Of a stretch of 64,000 nucleotides of DNA, positions 28,601 through 41,049 are shown piece by piece. The notes under the pieces are model-generated. The model worked only from the letters and a program-made list of their open reading frames with translations. It was not told the DNA's origin and made no database searches. The DNA lies in assembly GCF_009914755.1 (NCBI RefSeq), contig NC_060942.1; one strand, 5' to 3'. The DNA is from the human T2T-CHM13v2.0 reference genome, Homo sapiens. The position numbers and the translations under genes were made by a program. How positions within the stretch are numbered: position 1 is the stretch's first letter; each line of letters opens with the position of its first letter.

Positions 28601-31600
28601 GGGAGAAGGAGGGGGATGGGCGAGGGTGGGAGGAGGAGGGGGATGGGCGAGGGTGGGAGAAGGAGGGGGATGGGTGAGGGTGGGAGAAGGAGGGGGATGG
28701 GCGAGGGTGGGAGAAGGAGGGGGATGGCTTAGGGTGGGAGGAGGAGGGGGATGGGCGAGGGTGGGAGAAGGAGGGGGATGGGTGAGGGTGGGAGAAGGAG
28801 GGGGATGGGCGAGGGTGGGAGAAGGAGGGGGATGGGCGAGGGTGGGAGAAGGAGGGGGATGGGCGAGGGTGGGAGAAGGAGGGGACTGAGTGAGGGTGGG
28901 AGAAGGACGGGGATGGGCGAGGGTGGGAGAAGGAGGGGGATGGGCGAGGGTGGGAGAAGGAGGGGGATGGGTGAGGGTGGGAGGAGGAGGGGGATGGGCG
29001 AGGGTGGGAGGAGGAGGGGGATGGGCGAGGGTGGGAGAAGGAGGGGGATGGGCGAGGGTGGGAGAAGGAGGGGGATGGGCGAGGGTGGGAGAAGGAGGGG
29101 GATGGGCGAGGGTGGGAGAAGGAGGGGGATGGGCGAGGGTGGGAGAAGGAGGGGGATGGGCGAGGGTGGGAGAAGGAGGGGGATGGGCGAGGGTGGGAGA
29201 AGGAGGGGGATGGGCGAGGGTGGGAGAAGGAGGGGGATGGGCGAGGGTGGGAGAAGGAGGGGGATGGGTGAGGGTGGGAGAAGGAGGGGGATGGGCGAGG
29301 GTGGGAGAAGGAGGGGGATGGGTGAGGGTGGGAGAAGGAGGGGGATGGGTGAGGGTGGGAGAAGGAGGGGAATGAGTGAGGGTGGGAGAAGGAGGGGGAT
29401 GGGCGAGGGTGGGAGAAGAAGGGGGATGGGCGAGGGTGGGAGAAGGAGGGGGATGGGCGAGGGTGGGAGAAGGAGGGGGATGGGTGAGGGTGGGAGAAGG
29501 AGGGGGATGAGTGAGGGTGGGAGAAGAAGGGGGATGGGTGAGGGTGGGAGAAGGAGGGGGATGGGCGAGGGTGGGAGAAGGAGGGGGATGGGTGAGGGTG
29601 GGAGGAGGAGGGGGATGGGCGAGGGTGGGAGGAGGAGGGGGATGGGCGAGGGTGGGAGGAGGAGGGGGATGGGTGAGGGTGGGAGGAGGAGGGGGATGGG
29701 CGAGGGTGGGAGAAGGAGGGGGATGGCTTAGGGTGGGAGGAGGAGGGGGATGGGTGAGGGTGGGAGAAGGAGGGGGATGGGCGAGGGTGGGAGAAGAAGT
29801 GGGATGGGCGGGGGTGGGAGAAGGAGGGGGATGGGCGAGGGTGGGAGAAGGAGGGGGATGGGCGAGGGTGGGAGAAGGAGGGGGATGGGCGAGGGTGGGA
29901 GAAGGAGGGGGATGGGTGAGGGTGGGAGAAGGAGGGGGATGAGCGAGGGTGGGAGAAGGAGGGGGATGGGCGAGGGTGGGAGAAGGAGGGGGATGGGCGA
30001 GGGTGGGAGAAGGAGGGGGATGGGTGAGGGTGGGAGGAGGAGGGGGATGGGCGGGGGTGGGAGAAGAAGGGGGATGGGCGAGGGTGGGAGAAGGAGGGGG
30101 ATGAGTGAGGGTGGGAGAAGGAGGGGGATGAGTGAGGGTGGGAGAAGGACGGGGATGGGCGAGGGTGGGAGAAGGAGGGGGATGGGCAAGGGTGGGAGAA
30201 GGAGGGGGATGGGCGAGGGTGGGAGAAGGAGGGGGATGGGCGAGGGTGGGAGAAGGAGGGGGATGGCTTAGGGTGGGAGAAGGAGGGGGATGGGTGAGGG
30301 TGGGAGAAGGAGGGGGATGGCTTAGGGTGGGAGAAGGAGGGGGATGGCTTAGGGTGGGAGGAGGAGGGGGATGGGTGAGGGTGGGAGAAGGAGGGGGATG
30401 GGTGAGGGTGGGAGAAGGAGGGGGATGGGCGAGGGTGGGAGAAGGGGGGGATGGGCGAGGGTGGGAGAAGGGGGGGATGGGCGAGGGTGGGAGAAGGAGG
30501 GGGATGGGTGAGGGTGGGAGAAGGAGGGGGATGAGTGAGGGTGGGAGAAGGAGGGGGATGGGCGAGGGTGGGAGAAGGAGGGGGATGGGCGAGGGTTCGA
30601 GAAGGAGGGGGATGGGCGAGGGTGGGAGAAGGAGGGGGATGGGCGAGGGTGGGAGAAGAAGGGGGATGGGCGAGGGTGGGAGAAGGAGGGGGATGGGTGA
30701 GGGTGGGAGAAGGAGGGGGATGAGTGAGGGTGGGAGAAGGAGGGGGATGGGCGAGGATCGGAGAAGGAGGGGGATGGGCGAGGGTGGGAGAAGGAGGGGG
30801 ATGGCTTAGGGTGGGAGAAGGAGGGGGATGGGTGAGGGTGGGAGAAGGAGGGGGATGGGTGAGGGTGGGAGAAGGAGGGGGATGAGTGAGGGTGGGAGAA
30901 GGACGGGGATGGGCGAGGGTGGGAGAAGGAGGGGGATGGGTGAGGGTGGGAGAAGGAGGGGGATGGGTGAGGGTGGGAGAAGGAGGGGGATGGGCGAGGG
31001 TGGGAGAAGAAGTGGGATGGGCGGGGGTGGGAGAAGGAGGGGGATGGGCGAGGGTGGGAGAAGGAGGGGGATGGGCGAGGGTGGGAGAAGGAGGGGGATG
31101 GGCGAGGGTGGGAGAAGGAGGGGGATGGGTGAGGGTGGGAGAAGGAGGGGGATGAGTGAGGGTGGGAGAAGGAGGGGGATGGGCGAGGGTGGGAGAAGAA
31201 GTGGGATGGGCGGGGGTGGGAGAAGGAGGGGGATGGGCGAGGGTGGGAGAAGGAGGGGGATGGGCGAGGGTGGGAGAAGGAGGGGGATGGGCGAGGGTGG
31301 GAGAAGGAGGGGGATGGGTGAGGGTGGGAGGAGGAGGGGGATGGGCGGGGGTGGGAGAAGAAGGGGGATGGGCGAGGGTGGGAGAAGGAGGGGGATGAGT
31401 GAGGGTGGGAGAAGGAGGGGGATGAGTGAGGGTGGGAGAAGGACGGGGATGGGCGAGGGTGGGAGAAGGAGGGGGATGGGCGAGGGTGGGAGAAGGAGGG
31501 GGATGTGTGAGGGTGGGAGAAGGAGGGGGATGGGCGAGGGTGGGAGAAGGAGGGGGATGGGCGAGGGTGGGAGAAGGAGGGGGATGGGCGAGGGTGGGAG

Positions 31601-32176
31601 AAGGAGGGGGATGGGTGAGGGTGGGAGAAGGAGGGGGATGGCTTAGGGTGGGAGGAGGAGGGGGATGGGTGAGGGTGGGAGAAGGAGGGGGATGGGCGAG
31701 GGTGGGAGAAGGAGGGGGATGGGCGAGGGTGGGAGAAGGGGGGGATGGGCGAGGGTGGGAGAAGGGGGGGATGGGCGAGGGTGGGAGAAGGAGGGGGATG
31801 GGTGAGGGTGGGAGAAGGAGGGGGATGAGTGAGGGTGGGAGAAGGAGGGGGATGGGCGAGGGTGGGAGAAGGAGGGGGATGGGCGAGGGTTCGAGAAGGA
31901 GGGGGATGGGCGAGGGTGGGAGAAGGAGGGGGATGGGCGAGGGTGGGAGAAGAAGGGGGATGGGCGAGGGTGGGAGAAGGAGGGGGATGGGTGAGGGTGG
32001 GAGAAGGAGGGGGATGAGTGAGGGTGGGAGAAGGAGGGGGATGGGCGAGGATCGGAGAAGGAGGGGGATGGGCGAGGGTGGGAGAAGGAGGGGGATGGGC
32101 GAGGGTGGGAGAAGGAGGGGGATGGGTGAGGGTGGGAGAAGGAGGGGGATGGGTGAGGGGGCGAGAAGAAGGGGGA
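25651..32176. repeat. 27-bp G-rich VNTR, ~6.5 kb, ~240 units
   Basis: Consensus GGGCGAGGGTGGGAGAAGGAGGGGGAT, uninterrupted, with many single-base variant units. Confidence 0.98.
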
Positions 32177-32719
32177 AAGTTACAATGTAAGTAGACATCC
32201 ATGACACTGAAGTCTGGGTAGCTTGAGTTATTTCCCCAAGGCCTGGCCAGCACCCAAGAAGCCAATGAGTGACATCATGGGTCTTAAATTGTAGGTCTCT
32301 GGATAATGGGTAAAATTGTAGTCTCTGGATAATGATAAAACTGCCAGGAACAACCCCACACCACCAAATCTGTCTTGAAACACCTTTGAGCCTTGCCTGT
32401 CATGTTATTAGCAAAATATGATCATGGTCTCCCAATTTCAGCACCAAAACTATGAGAAGCTCACATTTCCTCAGTATCCAAATGACAAGTAAGTGAGCTG
32501 ATTTAAGTAGTTTATTTCTTAAGAGTGTTTCCTTGGGTCAGAACATGCATAACTTTGTTTTCTGTACCTTTTTCATCAAGAATACTCAATACTGAGACCA
32601 GCTATGCAGGAACATCTTTCCTTCCACAGGTAGTAAAGGCCTGCCCAGGTGTTTCAGGTGTTAGGAAGAGTGTGGACGATTCAGGGATGAGGAAGCCTTC
32701 ATCCTTCTCAAGGAGCCTT

Positions 32720-32830
32720 CGTAACTGTCAGTGGGCAAGTTACTGAGCCTTTGGGAACCTCAGTTTCTTCATCAGAATAACTGAGATCATGAACACCTGC
32801 TTTCCCAGATGCAATCAGGAGACGCAGCCT
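32720..32830 (+). mobile_element. MIR fragment
   Basis: gggcaagttactgagcctttgggaacctcagtttcttcatc matches the MIR core. Confidence 0.6.
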
Positions 32831-32875
32831 AGTTAATACCTGCCGTTCTATAAAACATCCAACGCTGGTTTTGTC

Positions 32876-33346
32876 TGTGAAAGAAAAATATATCTCGGGG
32901 CCCCCACATCACTAAGCTAAAGGGAAAAGTCAAGCTGGGGACTCCTTAGGGCCAACCTGCCTCCCATTCTGTTCAAGGTCACCCCTCTGCTCACTGAGAT
33001 AAATGCATATCTGATTGCTTCCTTTGGAGAGGCTCATCGGAAACTCAAAAGAGTGCAACCATTGGGTCTCTTATCTACCTCTGACCTGGAAACCCCCTCC
33101 CCACTTCGAATCTTCCACCTTTGCCTCCAGCTGTCTCGCCTTTCCAGACCGAACCACTGTTCATCTTTCATGTGGTTGATTGATGTCTCATGTCTCCCTA
33201 GAATGCATAAAACCAAACTGTGATCTGACCACCTTGGGCACATGTCCTCAGGGCCTCCTGAGGCTGTCACAGGTGCACATCCTCAACCTTGGCAAAGTAA
33301 ACTTTCTAAATTCACTGGGACCTGTCTCAGATTTCAGGGATTCACA
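32876..33346 (+). mobile_element. ERV1 solo LTR, MER4A1-like (copy 2)
   Basis: TGTGAAAGAAAAATATATCTCGGGGCCCCC...GGATTCACA; TSD TGTC at 32872-32875 and 33347-33350. Confidence 0.9.
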
Positions 33347-33813
33347 TGTCTTATATCTTTTTAATATTAAACATGCATTGCCCTAATTTATTTTCATTTT
33401 GGAAACCCAACTAAAGCAAATATTATTTACCTTCAGTTTCTCACAATATTTAATTTATAACAACAATAATAATAATACCTAACATTTGAATGGTGCTTGA
33501 TAGTTTAGGACACTTTAAGCTTTCTAATAAATCTAGTTAATAGTTCACCAAAAATGTCATGCCCCAGCTATTCTGATAACTAGAGGCTTATTATAATAAT
33601 AGCATGACAAGAAAATTAAGTCCTTGGAAATGACATTAAAGAAAGGGAAGTTTTAGAGTAATATTGAAAATATTTTCAAGTTTGTAGGTGAATAACATCA
33701 TTTACCAACAAGGAAATCTATATGAAGTGCAATGGGTAGACTTTGATTTTATTGATATATTTTTACTTTTTAGTCAAAACTTCATAAGAAGTAATCAGTC
33801 ATATACTTCAGGT

Positions 33814-34114
<301 letters not shown>

Positions 34115-34847
34115 CATACTTCAGGTTTTAAGAGCACTTTTGAGCTTCCTGGAGACTCAAAGCTGCCACTCTTAACTGGCCTTGAAGTGAGCAATTCACT
34201 TGCTGTCAGAGCAATGAGACTGGTGGGAACTTCATCCTTCACTGGCTGAGCACCCAGGAAAACTTATAGAAAATTCCACCTTCCAGGGAGATAGCAGCAG
34301 CGGTGGGTGGGGCAGGAGTAAGAGGCACTGGGAAGGGGAGTTTCATGCAAAGTTTACACAAGGACAAGATCAACAGGAATGGAGTCGTGAGACATTAAGT
34401 TTAGGGTTTTCTTCCCCCAAAGAGCAAATGTTTTTAGATCTTCATGAGTGTTGTCAACTTTAAAATGAATTAGTATGGAAGAATGAGAAACAGCATTTTG
34501 CCAGAAAAACTATACTATGTGTGTGATCTGGGAGTATTATGTCTAAGCCCAGGAGGTACAAACAATAAACAATCAAAGGAGGATGGCTGCGACATTCTAC
34601 TGGTAGAAATTAGAGCGCCCAGAAAAGACAAGGCCAGCAGTATTTGCTGCAATAAACCATGAGTGAACAGTGAAACTTATGCCTGCCTAAAACAAACTCA
34701 GGGCTGGAAGCAAAAGCCGCTGAAGAAAGTGAATACTCACACTCAATAATAAAAACATTGTTTTATAATATTTTACTAAGTCTCTTGTAAGCAATAATCA
34801 GTAAAGTGATATAATTTCAATCTGCTGCATGCACTAAGAATTAATTA

Positions 34848-35163
34848 GGCCAGACGCAGTGGCTCATACCTGTAATCCCAGCACTTTGGGAGGCGAAGGC
34901 AGGTGCATCACCTGAGGTCGGGTGTTCAAGACCAGCCTGGCCAACATAGCGAAACCCCATCTCTACTAAAAAAATACAAAAATTATCCAGACATGTTGGC
35001 AGAAGCCTGTAATCCTAGCTACTCAGGAGGCTAAGGCATGAGAATTGCTTGAACCTGGAAGGCAGAGGTTGCAGTGAGAGGAGATCATGTCACTGCACTC
35101 CAGTACTCCAGCCTGGGCAACAAAGCGAAACTCCATCTCAAAAAGAAAAAAAAAAAAAAAAAA
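34848..35163 (+). mobile_element. AluS
   Basis: Full dimer; TSD agaattaatta. Confidence 0.95.
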
Positions 35164-35654
35164 GAGAATTAATTAAATATCGTCATAGGAGAAGCATGAG
35201 CCAAAATATCAGAATAATTGCAAAATGTTTAATTTGAGCTAGTGCCTGCTGTATAATTCCTATTACTTTTGAAAATGGAATTATATATCAAAATAACCAG
35301 ACATACCTCTAACTGTGGGAAATAATGTATTTTTACATTATTTTAGACTGACTATTTTTACACTATTTTTAGATTTGCATATCCAATAATGGTCTTATTA
35401 TTTCGGTCTTAGCCAGTATTTCAGATTTAGATATTTTCCACTCTCCAAATGGGGCATGTATTGCCATGTGAACTATATCTTAATAAAGCTGTTAAAAGAA
35501 CAGAGCATGTACAATCCCAGATAAAACATATATATCTTCAGGGAGTGGACCCTAGACTATGGTTCATTATTTAGGTTTTGCCAGTCTAATATGTTAACAT
35601 CCTGGCACAGAATATGTACCCAGATAAACTTTACCTTACTACCAAAAACCTGCT

Positions 35655-35870
35655 GATAGCTAACACTTACTGAACATGTACTAAGTGCCATGAAAAGCTC
35701 CAAACACTTCACATGAACTAACCGTGTAATTCTCACAATGACCTAGGAAGTAGATATCACCACTTTCTCCCTTCTAAAAAAGAAGCCAGGACACAGGATT
35801 TTTATAAATTGTCACAAGTCACGCAGTTGGTGAGGAGCAAAGCCAGGATCTGCGCTAGGCAGTGTGGCTC
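35655..35870 (-). mobile_element. MIR
   Basis: atagctaacacttactgaacatgtactaagtgcca...aattctcacaatgacct...gtcacgcag. Confidence 0.6.
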
Positions 35871-36719
35871 CAAGTGTGGCCAGTGAAATTAGCAGAGCTC
35901 TCTGATGTGAAGGTCTACAGCAGGACAGCCCTGAGGACCGGGTGCCAAGTGTCTGTGCTTTCTTTGGCACCCAAATCTGAGCCCTCCTGGAGGCCTCCCG
36001 GTGGACCGCTGGCCACATCCCTGTAACTCTGTGCACCCTTTCAAAGCTCAGCATAGAGACATCGTGGAAAGGCACTAAACAAGAAGCCAGAAGAAGGGCC
36101 CCGATGGTAAAGTAACTTCGCAATACTGGGGTTGGCCCTCAGGACAGCTTAAGATGAGTCCCAGCACTAACATCTTGAGAACTCCAGGGGACTGACTTCA
36201 TGCCAGGGTTGACACAGGTCTCAGTCACCTCTAGAGGCTAAATTTGGACCAGGGACCCCAGAGCCAACATCAAGCACTGCCTGTCTCTCAAGTCACCACT
36301 TGCCAGATGGGCTCCACGGTGTGGTTGATGCCATTGTTTCCCGTGGGCCGGAAGGCCAGGAGCCTGAGGACAGACGCAGGGTCTTCCCCGCCCTTTCCTG
36401 GACCCTAGAGAGTAAATCCAAAACTCCTCTTCTGCATTCTTGTTCACTGGTGGTTTTCCCTAAAGATTGCAGCACTGCATGTAGTCCTGCTAGGTGACTC
36501 TGGGAGGTTATAAACTGAGTACTCTGGGATCTCCATTCCCCCTGTTAGTTATAAGAGGCTAAAGAGGTTACTCTACTGAACCCAAAGGACACACCAATGT
36601 TCAGTGGGTAGAGAGATCTCTAACTAGCACTGAGCCTCCCTCAAAACTCTCATGGAAAACTGTGAATCAACAGAAATGCCGCCTCCTTCCCTCCTTCTGC
36701 TCTACATATCCTGTTGCTA

Positions 36720-37091
<372 letters not shown>

Positions 37092-37203
37092 TTACCTAAT
37101 GTCAACCTTTGGTAATCAAAATGTGGCGTGACCCCCTCTAAAACCTCTCAGTTGCCATAAAGATAAACAAAGTTTGAAATACTACTTTATGAAACAAGAG
37201 CTT

Positions 37204-37583
37204 TGTATTAGTCCATTCTCACATTGCATAAAGAATTACCTGAGACTGGGTAGTTTATAAAGAAAAGAGTTTTAATTGGCTCACGGTTCTGCAGGCTCTA
37301 CAAGAAGCATGGCTGGCCAGGCCTGAGGAAATTTACCATCATGGCAGAAGGCAAAGAGGAAGCAGGCATGTCTGACATGGCCAGAGCAGGAGGAAAAGAG
37401 AGCAAAGGGGGGGTGCCACACACTTCTAAACAACCAGATCTCCTGAGAACTCACTCTCACGAGAACAGCAAGGGGGAAATCTTCCCCCATGATCCAGTCA
37501 CCTCCCACCAGGCCCCTCCTCCAACACTAGGGATGACCAGTGAACATGGGATTTAGGTAGGGACACAAATCCAAACCACATCA
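37204..37583 (-). mobile_element. MaLR LTR, MSTA-like
   Basis: tgtattagtccattctcacattgcataaagaattacctgagactggg...ccaaaccacatca; near-TSD agctt/ggctt. Confidence 0.85.
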
Positions 37584-38187
37584 GGCTTCAAGGGAGCAAG
37601 GGGATTGAACTTCCCAAAGCTGAGTTTTGGGACACATGAACTGCTTCTGTAATCTTATCCCTCCCCACAGAAATTATTTCATTGGTGATTCAGAGAGCTG
37701 TATTACAAGGCCAGAGCACAAAACCAACTTTCTGGATAGCAGAACTTAGCAAAAAGTATGTCTTCTTTTGGCAAGTTCTACAGACCATATTTAAAATTTA
37801 TACATAGATATATAATAGGTCAACATAAAAGAAACCCCCTTTTTGCTTCTTGACTTACTCCTGATCTCTTACTTGTAAACTATTAATTTAACAAATCTCT
37901 TTTTTCGTATGTAAAAGATGATGTAATTGCAAATACTGGACTTAAAGACACTTTTTGTCCTTAATTGGCCTTTGGGATCTTAACCAAACAATGAGCAAAA
38001 AGAAATAAAAAGAGATTAACTTCAAAAGAGTATCCAGATCAGATTCTTATCAGCTATATTGCTTATAGACCTTTTCAGTGAAGAGATAATTTTAAAAAAC
38101 ATAAATAATTTAGGATAAATTTGGCAGGGGGTATATAAAAACTTAAAAGAGAAAAATAATTTGGGATGATTTTTGTTTGATTCAACT

Positions 38188-38384
38188 AGGAATAAAAGAC
38201 AGGATGCTCAATTTAACTTGAATGTCAGATAAACAACAAATGATATATTACTTTAAGTATTTCCCACATAGTGCATATTAAACAAATACTATATATGATA
38301 TAATATCCAAAAAAATATTGTTTATCTGCAATTCAGCTGTAATGGGAAGTGCTGTATTTTAATTTGCTAAATCTGGTAACTGTA
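38188..38384. mobile_element. MITE-like hAT relic, MER53-like
   Basis: Quasi-palindromic: acaggatgctcaatttaacttgaatgtcagataaacaa ... ttgtttatctgcaattca...ctgtatttt...gctaaatctggtaac. Confidence 0.65.
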
Positions 38385-39330
38385 GATTGTTGTTATGTTT
38401 TGTCATAAAGTGTTCTTGACAGGTAAAAAAAAATTATGTTTGAGAGCCTTGGAAACTGAAAACTGGCATATATCATATTCAGAAAGCACAAATACCTTAT
38501 TCTGAATTCAAAATGTACTTTTACCAGCAAGTAAGACTATAGAGGCAAGTTAGAGTGGGGCGCTAATCCAACAAATGTTTCCCATCTCAATACGTAGGTG
38601 AATTATCACCTAACTGAAATTGGGGAGATAGTTTAATATGGCTACAAAATTAATGACTACATAATTTTCTTTTGTTTTTAACATTTATTTTAAATCTTGA
38701 ATGCTGGTTTTGAGGACAGCCAGGTTTCCCTTATGAGACAGGGTAAGTGATGTTGAAGGCTTGAGGTTGGAAAATAACTCAACTCAAAGTCAACCACCTC
38801 CTTTTTCTTCTGACTGGTTCGGTTCAAGGCGTACATCATTCCCTAGTGAAGGCAGAGTAGCATTGCTTACAGTCATAATAACGTTACTGTCAAAAGAAGC
38901 AAGAGGAGTAGCATTTGCCTACAAGGAGCCAGGGGAAAGGGGCTGGAAACAGGACCTGTGTGTTCAAGCAAGGGGAAGACCCCAGGAAGTAAAATTAGCT
39001 GAGCTGGGTCTAGAGGGGAGGCAGCAGAAATGACCTGTGTCTCACACTGACCACCAGATGGGGGGGACAGCCCTGGGCAGGTGGTCACCTGGAAGCTGAG
39101 GGGGCAAAAATAGTCTTGCCACAAGAATGAAGAATTAGATGAGATTAAATGTTCAAAAGTTAAATTTCAACTCAGGAAGTGATTCCATCTCATAGTCAGA
39201 TTCAGTTCCTTGTCCTTTGTGACTTTTTCCATAAATATTCATTCAAAGCTAGCTTTTACTGATAAAGAGGGATGTGTCTACAATTTGCCTTCTACATTCC
39301 CCTCTACGTGATTGTTTTAAAAACCATGCA

Positions 39331-39635
<305 letters not shown>

Positions 39636-40062
39636 CGTACAATGTTGTCTAAACTAACACATTTGGAGTTTCCTGGGAAATGAGCCCCGCACAGGTGGCC
39701 CCGTGACACAGCCGAGCTGGGAGGGCAGCAGACAGGCCCAGGGTCATCCTGGCGACCCAATCAACTCCTAGGATCCAATTCACTCTCCCACCCACACATA
39801 GCTCCCATCGCCACAACATGGCGGGCTGCCCCATGCAAAGGAAGGCGCCCTCTCATCCCCTGATGAGGAAAAGGACATGCGCACTGCCTTCATCGGGTGC
39901 ACAGGAGGCTCCTCGTCGTCAAGTAACCAATCAGTTACATTACACAGGCCAGCACCACTCAAATCATCAGAGGAAGGGGCAGGGCAAGGAAAAATGAAAA
40001 GAAATCCGAAGGAAAGTGTGCGTAGCTGCTAGTAGTTTGACTTGTAACTGCCAAAGTTAACG

Positions 40063-41003
40063 CAGTCAGTCCTCACTATTTGAGGATTCCTACTTGCAAA
40101 TTCACCTACTCGCTAAAATTTATCGCTTGTTTGTTTATTATTTTTTGAGACGGAGTTTTGCTCTTATTGCCCAGGCTGGAGTGCAATGGCACGACCTCGG
40201 CTCACTGCAACCTCGCCTCCCGAGTTCAAGCGATTCTCCTGCCTTAGCCTCCCGAGTAGCTGGGATTACAGACGCCTGCCCCCATGCCCGGCTAATTTTT
40301 TGTATTTTTAGTAAAGACGTGGTTTCACCATGTTGGCTAGGTTGGTCTCAAACTCCTGACCTCAGGTGATCCACCCGCCTCGGCCTCCCAGAGTGCTGGG
40401 ATTACAGGTGTGAGCCACCATGCCCAGCCTAAAATTTACCTTTTGAAACCCCCAAATTGGTGCTCACTGTGCTTTCATAGTCATTCGTGGACATGCCAGA
40501 ATGGTGAAAATGTTGAGTTGTCCAACTCGCCCTTTCCATCTCTACCTTCTTGTTCCAGCTCTCATACTGTAAACAAGTGTTCTTCTTCAGTCTATTTAGC
40601 CATTTTTTAAACATTTTTGTGCTTTTTCTTGGTGATTTTGCTCCTTAAAATGGCCCCTAAGCACAGTGCTGAGGCTGTCCTGTATTCCTAAGCACCAGAA
40701 GGGCTGTGATGTGCCTTATGGAGAATACACATGTGTTAGAGAAAAGCTTCATTCCAGCCGGAGTTATAGTGCCATTAGCCATGAGTGTTACATGAATGAA
40801 TGGATAATATATAGAATAAGGTGCCTTCAAGCAGAAACACACATATAACAAGCTTAGCAATAGATGATTGACAAATATGTCATCACACAAGTTCACAGGA
40901 ACACACCCTGTATTTTCCCTATGAGCAGTGTTCATTATCTGCTAACTCAGCGTTCCCAGTGACTTTATAGAACATAACTGCTATGAGTAATAAAGGTCAG
41001 TTG
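40063..41003 (+). mobile_element. TcMar-Tigger relic, MER82-like, interrupted by an Alu
   Basis: Imperfect TIRs cagtcagtcctcactatt / aataaaggtcagttg followed by TA; internal gaaggctgtgatgtgcctta-type motif. Confidence 0.75.
40125..40429 (-). mobile_element. AluS (AluSp/Sq-like)
   Basis: Full dimer; TSD ctaaaattta. Confidence 0.95.
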
Positions 41004-41049
41004 TACTTATCACTTTCTCTTTTTTCCCCCTTTTTCCTTTCCCTCTTGC

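Noticed and set aside
25651-32176. CRISPR array or telomere/interstitial telomeric array
   Set aside because: The repeats are contiguous with no unique spacers, the context is eukaryotic, and TTAGGG occurs only as isolated hexamers.
28191-32207. 1338-aa ORF and the other VNTR ORFs as real genes
   Set aside because: They are open only because the 27-bp unit lacks stops in those frames. The frame switches peptide type at the 26-bp units, and there is no gene context.
25208-33346. Full-length MER4 provirus
   Set aside because: Each LTR has its own TSD and there is no retroviral internal sequence between them.
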